Positions 28,223 to 41,187 of a stretch of 64,000 bases of DNA are shown in pieces. Both the position numbers and the translations under genes were made by a program. The DNA lies in contig NW_005434489.1 of the NCBI RefSeq assembly GCF_000315625.1, positions 27,454-91,453 of the forward strand. Reading direction: 5' to 3'. Under the pieces are notes generated by a model. That model was given only the letters and a program-made list of their open reading frames with translations, ran no database searches and had not been told where the DNA came from. The DNA comes from Guillardia theta CCMP2712 (lineage: Eukaryota; Protista; Cryptophyta). Positions within the stretch are counted from its first letter, which is position 1, and each line of letters begins with the position of its first letter.

Positions 28223-28534
28223 CGGGAGGTAGGGCGGGCGTATGATACGAGCTTGGTCTTGTACTCGGTGCACGATGTCGGCAGCTACAGGGCCTTGAAG
28301 CAAGCGGAGGCTGTCACGAGAGGCGCCGAGCAGCAGAAGGACGAGACTGACGAGTGATACGGGGGCTCGGAGACTTGGGACCGGCAGAGTGTGATGCGAG
28401 GGCGAGGCTACTGCTTGACCGTGATGAAGACGGTTGACGCGCCGGGCAGGAGTGCCAGGAGGGGTAGAGGACGGTCTACTTCTGAGGGGATGCTGGCAGA
28501 AACATTGTGATGCGAGGGCGAGGCTACTTTCATT
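28223..28534. repeat. right arm of the 312-bp inverted repeat (orphan 3' gene end plus 3' flank, + orientation)
   Basis: Encodes REVGRAYDTSLVLYSVHDVGSYRALKQAEAVTRGAEQQKDETDE*. Confidence 0.95.
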
Positions 28535-28736
28535 TTGCATCTTGGGGTACGTTAGATTGCTGATCTTTGTTCAGTCGCACTCAATGCAGATGACGCGCAT
28601 GGAAATCAACATTCAGACATTATTACTAGCAAGTCGTGATCAGAGCTCAAATTTCATCTTATCACGGCAATACTTCTACAAATATCCCTTGAAGCAAAGC
28701 TCAATAGCATACAGGTCAACTCTTGTGGCATGTGAA

Positions 28737-30067
28737 TCATTTTTTTGGTTTAGCCCGCTTGAAATCAGAATAATCGTGCAAAGAAAGAGCCTGAAAGGCT
28801 GTGTCAAAGAACTCGAGAGAGAAGATGGATATGCAAACCTCCAACAGAGTTGGGAAACCTTCACATGGTTCCGTACGACTCTGCAGTCCTCTGAGTCACA
28901 GTCGCCAGAAGGAAGCAAGGAAACGACCTGTACAGGATTCAACCTGTTGTCCTCGAAATTGTAAAAGCTGATGAAAAAACATCAGTCTTCGAGCTAAGTG
29001 CAGGTAAACAAAAGTATTCTCACCTGCTCTGAGAGAAAGATTCTCTCGGTGTTAAGATGCTCTCAGAAGTGCTCGACAAGTTAGACTGATATCAAAGTGT
29101 CAAGCTGACATGACATTGCCGAGAGAAAATGGTACATCAAAATCATTTTGATCATTTCCGGAGAATGTAGCCGATCGCTTGAGTATGTTTGTTGCACTTA
29201 TACTCCCTCCCTGCAGCATCTGTCATTTTACAAATTCTGAGGATAATGATGATTTCCTGTTTTGTTTCCTTTTCCTCCGGCGCAGGTTTCAACACCTGAG
29301 AGGAACAAGCTGAGCTCGAGGCCTCAGAGGAGGCGCGTCACCTGCACGACTCCTCCCTGCCGTTGGATCAACTTGATGAAGGGATGTCCCTGCCCGTTTC
29401 CAAGCAAATCTCTCTGTGCCGTCATTTGAGCCTTTTGAACTCAGACAAGTGGACAAGCACAGATAACCTGCCACAACCAGTTCGGTCGATCGTCTTCATC
29501 AATCTCTATCTCCTTGAAGGAATAAACAAGTTTCTCCTCTACATCAATCATTCACTGGCTGACGGCATCCCCATATTATCCACTGCTACACACCTGCCGA
29601 TGAAATCTCTCCTGAGCGCGCATAGCGACAAAATTCGTTCACAATGCATTCATAGTGCCATGCTTGCAAGCGGCGAAGGCAAGCAAAGACCAATCCAGTA
29701 ACTTCGGACCCATCAAGGCAATGCACATAGATGGGCAGCTGTGACGACCTAACAATGGTTGAGAGGATACTGACAACATCTTTCACTGTGATCGTCAAGT
29801 CGTCCTTTCGCTTCTCCACTGCTCGTACGCAAGATCAGAGAGATGAGCAACGTGAGGCCTCTCACCCATGTGATGAATGTGCTGAATGCCTTCCATCGCG
29901 CAGAAGTCCTCCAGATCGTTTGTCGGAGTCTCAGGGATCAGCGAGATCATGGTCTTGAGGTGGAGGCTCTTGAGGAAAGCAAAGTTCTTGAGCGTGGGAT
30001 ATGCTCCTCGGTACACTCCGACCTCGACGATGGCGAACCTGAAAGGGGGAACAACCTTGGCAGCCAT
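28737..30067 (-). CDS. Siw14/Oca-family (PFA-DSP) tyrosine phosphatase-like protein, Oca6-like
   Basis: VVPPFRFAIVEVGVYRGAYPTLKNFAFLKSLHLKTMISL and PIYVHCLDGSEVTGLVFACLRRLQAW..NEFCRY. The 3' end is tentative. Confidence 0.85.
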
Positions 30068-30373
30068 GGATTATTACTTCTTCTCATCATCTGCTGGAGT
30101 GAGCATGCCTCAGGCAACCTGCGACGAGGCTATCAGTAATTCATCACACCGACTGCTTCTACGACTGCTTCAACAAGATCATAACAACCTTCGCTCTGCT
30201 CTGCTTTCTCTCAAACCCATCACTCAGAGCCTCTCTAATGTCGAGCCTACCTCTTCCATCCCGCCCTCCTCGTCTCCCCCCCCCCCCCCCCCCCCCCCCC
30301 CTCCTTGCCGGTCTGAAATCTGAAACTCAGCCTAAACCCCCTTTACGCCTCTTCTTTTTCCAGCCTTTGAGCG

Positions 30374-32412
30374 ATGGCCGAGCCGGTAGGTCAGGACGCG
30401 CTCGCTGCCGGCTTGGCCGCTTACGGCGAGCAGGAGGAGCGGCTGAGAAAGCTCATGCCCATGGGCATGCGAGAGATAGTTGCAGCTCATGCATCTGCCA
30501 TGCAGGCAGCGTACGCAGCCTTTGATAGTCATTCACAAGGAGCAGAGCAGGGAGGTTTGCAGGAACAACGAGCTGCGCTGGAGGTAGCGCTTTGTCGATG
30601 GAAAACGCCGACGGATGGTGTGGATCTTGCATCAGTGGTGGAAGTGAGCGAGGGAGGAGTTCGTCTGGTGAAAGTAAACGAAGTGGTGGATGGCAGGGCA
30701 GCTGAGTTGGTGAAAGAGAATTGGCGAGCTCTTGTTGCAGTGTTTGAGATGGCATGGGAAGAGAGCTATAAGCCCATCCAAGACAAAGTGCAAGCAGGAA
30801 ACAAGTACGCTAGCGTGGATGACTTCGACAGCGAGCTTGAAGCAGCCAAGAAGAAGGCAGAGGAGCGAGTTCAGCCTTTCCAGGATGAGTTTAAGCTCTT
30901 TCGCGGACTAGCAAGCCACCAGGAGCGCGTGCAACGGCTTCGCAGTAAGGTCCAGGAAATCAGCTTTGAGCGGCGGCTTGCAGAGCAGCGGCAAACGATC
31001 AAGCAGGAGCTCATGGAAGTTGTGAGTGCAACCAAAGATGCTCAGCGACGAGAGCTCAAGCTTGTGCTGGATCGAGTAAGAAACATGGAAGAGAGAATGT
31101 CAGAGGTGAGCGCCAAGATGGGTAGACGAGACACAGAAAGAGAAACAGAACCTGCCAGATCAGCCTCTTTCACTCCGCCAGGTCAGAGTGACGAGAATTT
31201 ACAAGCTCTCGAAAAGAAGATAGACAAGAAATTTCGCGACTCTTCCCTGGTATGCACAAAATTTGCAATTGCAGTTTTTGAAAATTGACACATTTTTGCG
31301 ATGCAACAAAACAGGCTAATTGTGCTGAGATAGCAAAGGCAAAGCATGAGTGTTTTGAATCTGTGTTTGTACGTTGTATGTTCCGAAGAGGTTCTGATTA
31401 GTTTTCAGGCGACATGTATCACAAAAGAAATGAAGAGCGCGGTGGTTGTCTTTCTATTGGTATTGTCCTCTCATGTTTGTTTCAGCTTGATGTCCAGATT
31501 GCTGAGCAAGCGTCAGCCCTAGAGGCACTCCGAGCCAAGGTGATGCTGAATCTTGTTTATGAAGTTTGACGTGACTCCAAGATGCTTGATGCTACCCTCA
31601 ATTCCAAAGAAGAAATTGATACAGGTCAACTGTTCATGTCATTAATATCAGCTTCACTCGCTATCCCTGGCATCTGCCTCTCTTGCTCTTCTTATCCTTT
31701 CAATGCAGTGCAAGCTAAGATCACCGAATTGCATGACGCCATCTCGCGGCTGACCGCTGACAGTGAGATTCAAATGGTAAACGTGGATTGCTCCTCATCG
31801 TCCTCAAGTTCTGGCAGAGGTGCATGGAAGATATGCTTCGTCGTCACGACTCGAGAGTGACTCTCGTTACCTGCACATTCTGTGGGCTGATGTCTTCAAG
31901 GTGGCTGAGAATTGCAAAGCGATGTTTGGTATCCTGGAAGAGCAGGTGATGTCATTGGTGGCTCATGGACAAAATGATTCATCGCCCTTGTGCTTTTAGA
32001 GCGCTCCCCGCCATGCTCTAATGGAACTGCGGGAGGACATAGAAAAACAGCTCAATGCTGCTCTACTGGCGAGTTGCCTTGCCCGCGTAGACTTGCTGAA
32101 AAAGCTAGCAGGCGGAAAGGCAAGGGCCACTTGCCGAGCTCAACCAGAAGATATCGCAAGTCGAGAGTGAGGTGACGGCGCACGCGAACATGCTTTGGAG
32201 CTGATCACTATTAACAAGGTTGGTGGTATTGCCACGAGGATCGAGCAAGGACGCGACGAGATACAAGCATTGTTTGGCATGATTGCTGAACTACCACAGG
32301 TTTGTCGCTTTGATATGAAACGATCTCTGACGTCAAGTAGGGCCAGTCAAAGTCGAAGTTTCTTCCTGAGAGCGCAAAGAAATTCCTCAAAGGCAAGAAA
32401 TCGGACCAATAA
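30374..32412 (+). CDS. coiled-coil hypothetical protein, multi-exon
   Basis: 304-aa first exon, then many short exons ending ..KKFLKGKKSDQ* (TAA 32410-32412). Confidence 0.65.
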
Positions 32413-32459
32413 AATGTGGCCAGGAAAGGAGAATCAGCAGATTCGAGGCCAGGATGACT

Positions 32460-33238
32460 TCAGGACTTCTTCCATATCTTGAAGATTCCAATCTCCTCTG
32501 CTTGCCACACCTATGTGCATGTTTAAACTAGATTGTAAAAAATGCCAACGCTTACCGGATGCAGCTCCTTCTCGGGAATCTTCTGGAATGCTAAGCCACA
32601 CTTGGAGATATTTCGCAGAAAGTCCTGAGAACTTCAGTGAGGGTACAGATCACTAGGCTCGTGCTCCTACCAAATCCTTCTCCCGTCGCAGCTCAAAGCT
32701 TAGCACGAAACTTGTCTTGTCGTCCATGCTGTGTTGGAGGGTCTTTAGCAGGTGAGGGGTGCTAGCGTCTGAGTAGATGAGGTCTGATCCGACGATGAAG
32801 TCCCATCCTTGCCCCATGTCCGTCACGTTCCCCCAGTCCGTTGTCTCTCCTGGGCTACCCCACACGCACTCTTGAACCTGCCACGAGCCCGGGCAGTGAG
32901 CCTTGAGGTTGTTCTCCACGTTCTCTTGCAGCAAGCTTGTATGCCCAGGCAGCTCTGTCATCGTGACATGTGCTCCTGCTGATGCTAAACAAATGCCCAC
33001 GAGGCCGCAGCCCGATCCCAGGTCAAGCACGCGCTTATCCTTCCATTCGATGCCGCTTACCTCGAAGTACTTGACCAGCACCTGATAAAAGTCAGCTCAA
33101 GGCAGTGCATGTGTCTCCAACCTTTGCAGCATCCCAGAGAACAGCAGCATGACCCGTCGATGTGTCTTGCTTGATCCTGAAAGTGTTGGTTCCGAAGTCA
33201 AAGTTTTCGTAGAAGATCGTGCTGGCCGCTTCCGTCAT
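32460..33238 (-). CDS. protein-lysine methyltransferase, METTL21/Methyltransf_16 family
   Basis: GHAAVLWDAAK, RVLDLGSGCGLVGI, VTMTELP, WG, DFIVGSDLIY; ends EIGIFKIWKKS*. Confidence 0.9.
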
Positions 33239-33974
33239 AACACAATCTTGATGGCTTGAAAAGAAGGAATGCTGGCCTCCACGAAGGGAGAAGGCTGGTT
33301 GGAGGTGGAGCAACTCAGAGCCTCCTTGCACAGGAGAGGTGAAGCAGAGGATGTAGAACGAGGCTCGGAGCAAGCAGCAAAGAGGCGAAGCTCTACGACT
33401 GAAGTTGGCACGAAAGGAGAATCTTGTGAGCATGATGAAGGTCGGTGTGATTGGGAGGCAGCTCCAACATGCACAAGGCAGGGGCCATGCGATCACAAGG
33501 TGAGATGTCCAGGCTACGAGGCCATGTACCAGCCGAAAGCAGCAGCGACAGCAGCGAACTTGGAAAGCAGCAGCTTTCCAGCAGCCTTCGCTTTCCGGCC
33601 CCCCTCATTGCGGGGATGAGGGGAGCCGAAGGGGGGCGGGGGGGTGCGGGAGGAGGAGGCAGCAAACTGGGCCGGGGAGAGGAAGGGTCTGGATGACTTG
33701 AGGAAGGGTCTGGATGACTCGGGCCTGTAAACATGCATGCTGACATGATAACTCAGATCATGAACTGAGTGAGTGTCCTCCAGCAGCTGGTTTAATGGAT
33801 ACGAACCTTCGTGGAACGATCGGATGTCGAGAACCCGACTACGATTTGAGATGCCAAAATCAGAGTGAAGCAAAGAATCTGACCACAAAGGGGAGACGAG
33901 ATCGTGTAGATAAATGGCATGATAGCTACATGTAACATGTTTCAAACGCATCTCGCATTTTCTTTCAATTAAGT

Positions 33975-34638
33975 TCAGTCCTCTTTACGTCCTTCTGGCT
34001 CCTTGTCCTGGGTCAGCATTTCAAGAACGCTCTGCAACTCTTGTTTCAGCTGCTCCATCTTCATTCCCATCCCTCTCTTCACAGCATTGCGCTGTTCCTC
34101 GGGCAACTCTGCCAGCAACGCTGTGTAGGTAGTGAGACACTTGTCCACCATCTCCCGCGCATCCTGCAATGAGAGTCAGAGTCAACAACCCGTGACGAGA
34201 GTATAAAGGCTGGCAACAAATCTTGTCCATGCAGGCAGCATCAGGAGAGCAAACGCTCACATCAAGATCGTCTTCGAAGTAGGTGGTTCCGAACGAATCT
34301 AGCGCGTCTGACAACAACTCACGTGCCTCAACGAAAAGCTCATCAATGTCTTGAAGTTTACAATTGAGATCCAAATCGCTTTGATTGCTGAAAGATCTAC
34401 ATGCACTGCCGAAAACACCAGCACACGGATGAAGTAATCGGGGCATGCAAGCGGGATGAGGACGACTTGTCAAACTGCAGGCAGGAAAGATGAACCGGGC
34501 AGAGGGCGCTGGAGAGCAACTCAATTGAGCAGGAGTGTAGGCGAGACTTTTGGCTGATGCCATGGAGTAGTTGAACATCCTCAGTCCTCTCGCCAAGCCT
34601 CGTCCCGCTCCCTCCAGTGCTCCCTTCGCTGCCTTCAT
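33975..34638 (-). CDS. small helical protein with mitochondrial-presequence-like N-terminus
   Basis: R/S-rich leader ending CRSFS, then IDELFVEARELLSDALDSFGTTYFEDDLD|DAREMV..GMKMEQLKQEL. Confidence 0.7.
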
Positions 34639-34887
34639 GCCGTCGGCTGGAATACTCCCCACCTCTTTCAGTAATCCACCCTGAATACCTCACCCCACCA
34701 CCCCACCCTTAGTCACCCCACTTCTAAGTACACGATACCCCACCGTTTCCCTTAGATGTGCTCTAGCATCGCACCCTACCCCCATGCGAGTTGTTCAGAC
34801 GTGGGCAATGGTATTTGCGGAATTGAGGTGAGGATCATGGTTGAGGATCGGATGAGTGAGTGATGGTGTGGCGGGAACTTGAAGACG

Positions 34888-35369
34888 ATGGAGTCAGTTT
34901 GTTCAACTTCATATTCCCACCTTGGAGATCTTGTTTCGTGTAAAGAGAACGGGAGCCGGGTGTTTGCAAACAAGGGGTTGAAATAACGACGCTTCTTGAT
35001 TGACTTGTCTACCTTCAGGTTTCTTGCTAGTATGTTATATGAGTCGCCATTTCCTTCACCAAAATCAACTGTATACACTTTTTGCAAAACAAGACAGAAT
35101 CATTTTATTCTTTTCCGTAGGAATGGATGGATCGAAGAAATGCGAATGGTGTGTTGGGAACGACTATCACCCCTGACCCAAGTTCAGAAGAACTCGACAA
35201 GATGAGGTGACCTGACCTCATCAATATCCTTTCATTACCATCACTGTCTTGTCGTTGCCACCGCTCATCTTGTGGTTGATTCTGTTTCAGTGCAAAGGGC
35301 ACTTTTGGCAACGAAAGTCAACCTATGTTCAACTCTGGCGCATGGGATGGTTACCCTGAACACTACTAG
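34888..35369 (+). CDS. small hypothetical spliced protein
   Basis: Three short GT..AG introns give a continuous frame ending ..GAWDGYPEHY*. Confidence 0.4.
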
Positions 35370-35622
35370 TGATCTAACTTGTCTGCCGAAAACAATTTTC
35401 CAATATTTACTATATGCATGATAGAACACTCCTTTCCTCTTATTTTTTGAACTCCATAAATTTCTAGTACCAAATGGAGTAATGTGCTCGATCAAATGTG
35501 CAAGCTAAATTTGCTCAATCTTAGCTCTTGGCTTGTAACATCAAACAATGTCCAATTTATTGGAGGACTTTTCTGTTCAAGAATGATTGCGAATAGATGA
35601 TAATTGAAGACTACGGTTTGTG

Positions 35623-36568
35623 CTAATCAGGATGCAAAGCGGAAGGATCCACCTCGTCGAAGACCGAGTCGAAATCATCGTATTCCTCGTCGAGGTAGGT
35701 TCTATCGCCAAGACGAGCAATGCTCCACATGCCCGTCCTTTCATCCTGAACAATCTCTGTGATGGAACACTCGAGGATTTCAGGAACATGGAGGTCTGGG
35801 AGTAGATGTTTCAGCGCTACCTCGATGAAAAATGCGTGCGTCACTATCATCACTTTCGACCCCTTATACCGCTCGATGATTCTCTCAAGCACATGTGTGC
35901 ATCGTTGTCTGAACTGCAACAATTTTTAGCGCTGAGAAACACAATTCCATTCGAACACCTCTTGGATGCTCTCTGGAAAGTTTGGAGTCAGGATCGGGTT
36001 GTACTTCTCGTTGATGAATGCGCAGATCGGCTTCAAGGTTTGAGATGTTGACCAGAAAGAATTAATGTCCATCGCCTCAGGAAAGAAGCTACGATGAAGA
36101 AACTCTCCGACGCCTGGCTCTACGTCAATATTGAACCTGTCACTGCCGGTTAGAGCGTTCTTATCAAGGTAGCTTGTCATCTACAAACAATTGCTCAATC
36201 CTTGTTGCAGCGTACTGGGCAGTGTAGACAGCTCGAATAAAGGGCGAGGAAATGACGTTGGTAATCCCGCTGTCCTGCAAGTGTAAACCTAGCTTTGTAG
36301 CCTCAGCTTTGCCCTCCTACGAACCAGCTCAATTGGTCATTAGAGCGACATTGCGTTGCTGTTACCACGGTCAGATAAGGATCGAACGGGTTCGCCGCAT
36401 CTCTGCTCCAGTCACGTTCGACAAAGTCTATTCTAAACCGCGAAGAAGATCAGAGCTCGTTACCGCAAATCAAAGGTTATACCTTTGTGCATGGCGAACC
36501 AGCAGGATATGAGAAGAAGCGATGGGTGGGTTTCCCGGGGCAAAGGAGCACGTAGCATTCTGAAGCAT
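35623..36568 (-). CDS. histidine phosphatase / phosphoglycerate mutase family protein
   Basis: ILLVRHAQR, DPYLT, VISSPFIRAVYTA, VEPGVGE, FPES, VMIVTHA motifs. Confidence 0.85.
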
Positions 36569-36833
36569 GGCTATGCTCAACAAGAAGCGAGCGAGAGCTG
36601 AACGCTGATCTCTTCCCTTCATGACGTCCTGAGCAGCTTGCGTCCATGTTACCTATTGCCCCGGTACATGGGATCCGCCTGCTCCATAATGTCCCCCTCA
36701 TCCCCCCTCTTACGCCTAAGTTAAACTCGAGGTTTCATGGAGAGGTTCATGCAGTTTCCAAGTTTCCCTCCATGCCGCTGCTTGCCATGAGAGGAGGAGG
36801 GGGAGGAGAAGGAGATCCTTGACAAGATGCAAC

Positions 36834-39800
36834 ATGCGGTGGTGGCACTTGCTCTTGACTGCCCTCGTGTCAGCTTCCCTCGTCGACCCTCATGTACTGC
36901 GATCCCCTTGTCCACTTTCCCTCATCCTCTTGCAGGTCGATCCCGGAAATGAAAACTTGTCACAGAATCGCCTTGTTGGATGCAGACTGCGAGGAGGAGA
37001 AGATGGCATTGCCAGGGAGTCTCCTCTTGAAATAGAAGAGAGATGGGCCAGGAAAGATTTTGATGGAGTCTCAAAGTATGATCTCAAACGAAGTTCGAGT
37101 CGTCGCAAGGTCAAGAGAAGAGGAGCGAAGAAGAATTTGGTAGCAAAGCGCCTGGTCTGCAACTGCCACGCCTTCCATGAGTGATGCGTATACCTAGGTG
37201 TCTCCAACCCGAACGACGACGGACAAATCACCGGAGTCAAGTTTTCTACAGATCAAGAATGAGATGTATTTGACTTCGCTTGCTGCTTCGTCTCTCAACA
37301 CCCATGTTTGCAGGGATTCCTGGCAATGGACGACCAACCAAACCCTGTAAGCAATCCTCATGCTCTTGTTGTCTTTGACTGGTCTGCGAAGGGACCACAT
37401 CGACCAGATTCTTTCTCGGATTTCCACTCCGCGCACGTCCGATGCAACCAGCGGACTCTCAGACACGCCGAGATCGAAGAAGGAAGATATAAGACAAGTG
37501 GATCAGATTCTCTTCAGCTCGCAGGCTAAGTTGAGAGACCCCACGGGAAGCGAGTATGCGGCAAGAGACGTCCAGGGGGGCAATGACGCCGATGACTTTG
37601 TTCGACTCCCAAGGAAAGTCGTAGAGGAGGAGGAGCGAGAATCTCTTTCGCCGGAACTTGAAGACTTGCAAAGATTCCAGAGGGATCGAGAAGACTGGAA
37701 CTGGGGGGCAGAAGACTGGGACGATCCTCCTCGGCACGAGCCGGAGTTTAACTTCGATCAGTACTACGATGGAGAGGAGGAGGAACCTGACGATGAAGTC
37801 AATTTGCATCAAGCCGAAACTTCCTGGGATCAAACTCTGTCATGGAAGAAGAATCAAGTAGCAGATGCTCTGAGAAAGAGAGAGAAGGGTGAAGAGAGAG
37901 AAGGTCTAGCCGAGATCGCGTATGAGAGAGCGTTAGCTTCTGACCCGATGAACTTCGAGACGATGTTGAACTTTGCGAATTACCTTTACGTGCAAAAGAG
38001 GAATATCACAAGAGCACTGGCACTGTACAAACTTGCAATCGGTCAAGAGCCAAATCATGTTCCGACTCTGTCAAACTACGGGAGATTGTTGCAGGAGATG
38101 GGAGGAGATGATGCGCAGGTCAAACAGATTTTCCTCCGAGTTCTCGACTTGGATCCTCACAATGTTCGCGTGCTCGAACAGATGGCGATTCTTTCTCTGA
38201 CCAAGGAGAAAGATCTCACCAGGTCACAACTTTACTATCAAGCCTCTCTAGAGGCTGATGAACGCAGCGAGTACAAGCGCAAACTAACGGCAGAAAGTCT
38301 TTGTACCTACGCTGCGCTGCTTGAGGACCTGCATCGCCATGACGAAGCTGCCGCAGTTTATGAGAAAGCACTTTCAAGGAATCCGAAGCACGTCGCATCT
38401 TTATTCAACTACGGCCTCATGCTCGAAACTTCTTTAAAGCAGCCGGCAAACGCAGCCGAGATGTACTCTCGCATTCTCAAGATCAACCCTCAACATCACC
38501 TGACGCTCTGCAACTATGGTGGTCTCCTGGAATCTGCTCTGCATGATTACGTTGAGGCCGAAGTGATGTACATGCGAGCTCTGGCACTTAAGCCCAACGA
38601 CGCCAACACGCTCTACAACTACGCGGGGCTGCTCGAAGACTTCCGCAAGGACCCAGCCAGTGCTCTGCTCATGTACGAGAAGGCGTTGCAGGATCAGCCA
38701 GACCATGCGCCTTCTCTCTTTGCCATGGCTCGACTGCAGTGGGCCAACCGAAGCATAGAGAGCGCCGGCGTCATGCGGCAGCTTGAACGCGTGCTGCAGG
38801 TGTCGCCTTCCTCTCTTTCTCCCTCTCGTTGACTTCACCTTCAGATCGACCCCAATCACATTGGCTCTCTCAACCTTCTATCAAGAATCACTCTCGAGGT
38901 GCAAGGAGATGTGGAAAAGAGCATGTACCTTGCGAAGCAAGCACTACTGCTCGACCCAAACAATGTTGATGCCGCTAACAATTGTGGTGAATTTTCTATC
39001 CTCGAGTGTTACGCTCGCATCGAAGAGTATGATTGGAAGCCGATGACAGCAAGCAACGATTTCATTTTGTTATCGACCAAGTACTTGACTTTCGAAGAGA
39101 AGCATCGCCGAGACTGGATCTTTACGGCACCTGACGAGCAGTGAGTTCCTCCACTTAGATCAGAGATGATTCTTCCTTCGCCTTCTCTGCAATGATTGAT
39201 CCTCTGACCATCAAGTCAGAGTCGCTGATGCTCGAGTCTTTGAGAATTCCAAACTTGCTGTGACGTATTTTGAAAAAGTGAGTTCAACTTGGATCCTTCT
39301 GCGAATCTCATCGACTGTTCCAGGCACTCGCTCTCTGTCCATCCTCGACAACTTCTTTACGAGGATTGGCGGCAGCACGTGTGATGGAAAGAGATTATCA
39401 GGCTGCTCAACGCGTGTACAAACAGCTCTCACCTCACCTGGCAACCAACTTCGCTCTCACGATCGAATTTCTTTCTTTCCTTCAGGTGAACTAGGTTTTC
39501 TTCCTTTTGGGGCTGAGCAGTGTGAAAGATTTCGGGATGTAAACAAGAGGCTCTGAGCTACATGTCGCAATGCTTTGAGCAATGGAAGGACAACGACATC
39601 TTTCTCCTACACTATGGCATGCTATTGAAGGACCTCAGTACGTCTGACTTCAAGAATGATGTTCCCTATGATTGACTGCGGCCTTCAGATACAACAGATG
39701 TAAAACAAGTGATTTCAGTCTTCGAGAGAGTGAGAGGTCGCACATGCTTGATGGGTCTCTGACGTGGAGTGGGAAGGTGTTGGAAGTGAACCCGAAGAGT

Positions 39801-41187
39801 CAAGATGCAGTTCACGAACTTCTGCTCCTCACGTCGTCTTCGTATTCCCTCCCTCCTCATCTAGCAAGACTCATCAACACAACGCATCTCCGCTTGTCTG
39901 ACCCTGACACGGCCTTAAGCTTCTACCACCGTCTCCTTCCGGAGCTCAACGTGCGCTTCTTGAGCAGAGAGATTCGTGACGAAGACTTCACAAGCAGAGC
40001 GAGAGCAGCTCTGAAGGCCCTGCAGCACGCGAGTGAACTTTGCGAGAAAAGCTGCGAACTCCTTTGCCTTCTTGCAGAGCTCCACTGGTACCTTGAGGAG
40101 GAGGAGGAAGCAGAGATTTGTTTCCGCAAGAGTCTGTCGGTGCATGACTCGTATGAGAGAGCGCTTGTCGAATTCCCGAGGTTCCTCTTGCAGGTGATCT
40201 TGGAGCTTGAGGATGCCTCTGGTCTGAGCGTTTGCACAGACAGCCCGAGCGGATGTCCCGATCATCGAGAGACACTTCGCTGAAGCTGTGATCCCCTCCC
40301 CCCTGATACCTCACCTCACACTTTTGACAGGTTAAAATGTTCCCCAACAATTCCTACGCTTTGTCAGGTGAGAGGCGGGAATGAGCCTCGTCCTGTCACA
40401 GATCATATCAGGCCTAGCAAGCTTTCTGTACAGTCTCAAGCTTCGACATTGTGTGCTCCTCGGGACCATGGACGATGTCGAGCTTGTCAACGGGCTCTTT
40501 TCGCGTGCACATCTTCTCGATCCCACCAACGTCGAAGCTCTTCAAGGGTGATGTCGCGCTTGTCAGCGAGAACGGAGGAATGGATGACGTGGCGTCAGGT
40601 TGGGCCTCATCTCCCGTGCGTTCTTGTTCAACGACACGCAAGCCATCTCCTACTACAGGTCGAGGTGTGCGAGGCGTGTCAGGACAACACTCATTCCTCA
40701 ATGGCAGGGAAGCGCTGGAGATCGAACCGAACACACCAGACCTGATGGTGAACTATGCCATCGCAAGCTTCGTCAACAACGATACTGAAACAGCTGATAA
40801 GGTAATTTCATGCCTCCCTCCATCTTCCCTCGCTCCCTCCCTCAATGTAGACGACCTCACAAATTTGAAGATGTTCGAACTAGCCTTGCGGCTTCATCCT
40901 GGAGAGCCTGAGGTGAAGCAGATGTACAGCGTGTTCCTCGACCACAAGGTTGTCTTATCTTGCATTTTACTCGCGTGATGGTTCGACCCTCTAGTTCAAC
41001 AACGATACTGCTGGAGACGAGTACTTCTTTGCCTCCTTAGGAATGGACCAGGTTTGCGTCCATGGAGAGACTGAAGGGCTCTGATCAAAACTTACAGGAG
41101 ACTTTTGAGAGGGAAGTGAAAAGCTGGAAGCAGGAGGAGGTGGAGGCAAGAAACTGCATGGACGAGAATGAAGTCCAGTTGATGTGA
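36834..41187 (+). CDS. large TPR-repeat protein with N-terminal hydrophobic leader
   Basis: Many TPR units (AYERALASDPMNFETMLNFANYL, YEKALSRNPKHVASLFNYGLML, etc.). Leader MRWWHLLLTAL..RLRGG. Stop TGA 41185-41187. Confidence 0.85.

Noticed and set aside
5535-33238. Functional cluster of three protein methyltransferases (SMYD, SET, METTL21)
   Set aside because: They are from large families, far apart and interspersed with unrelated genes.
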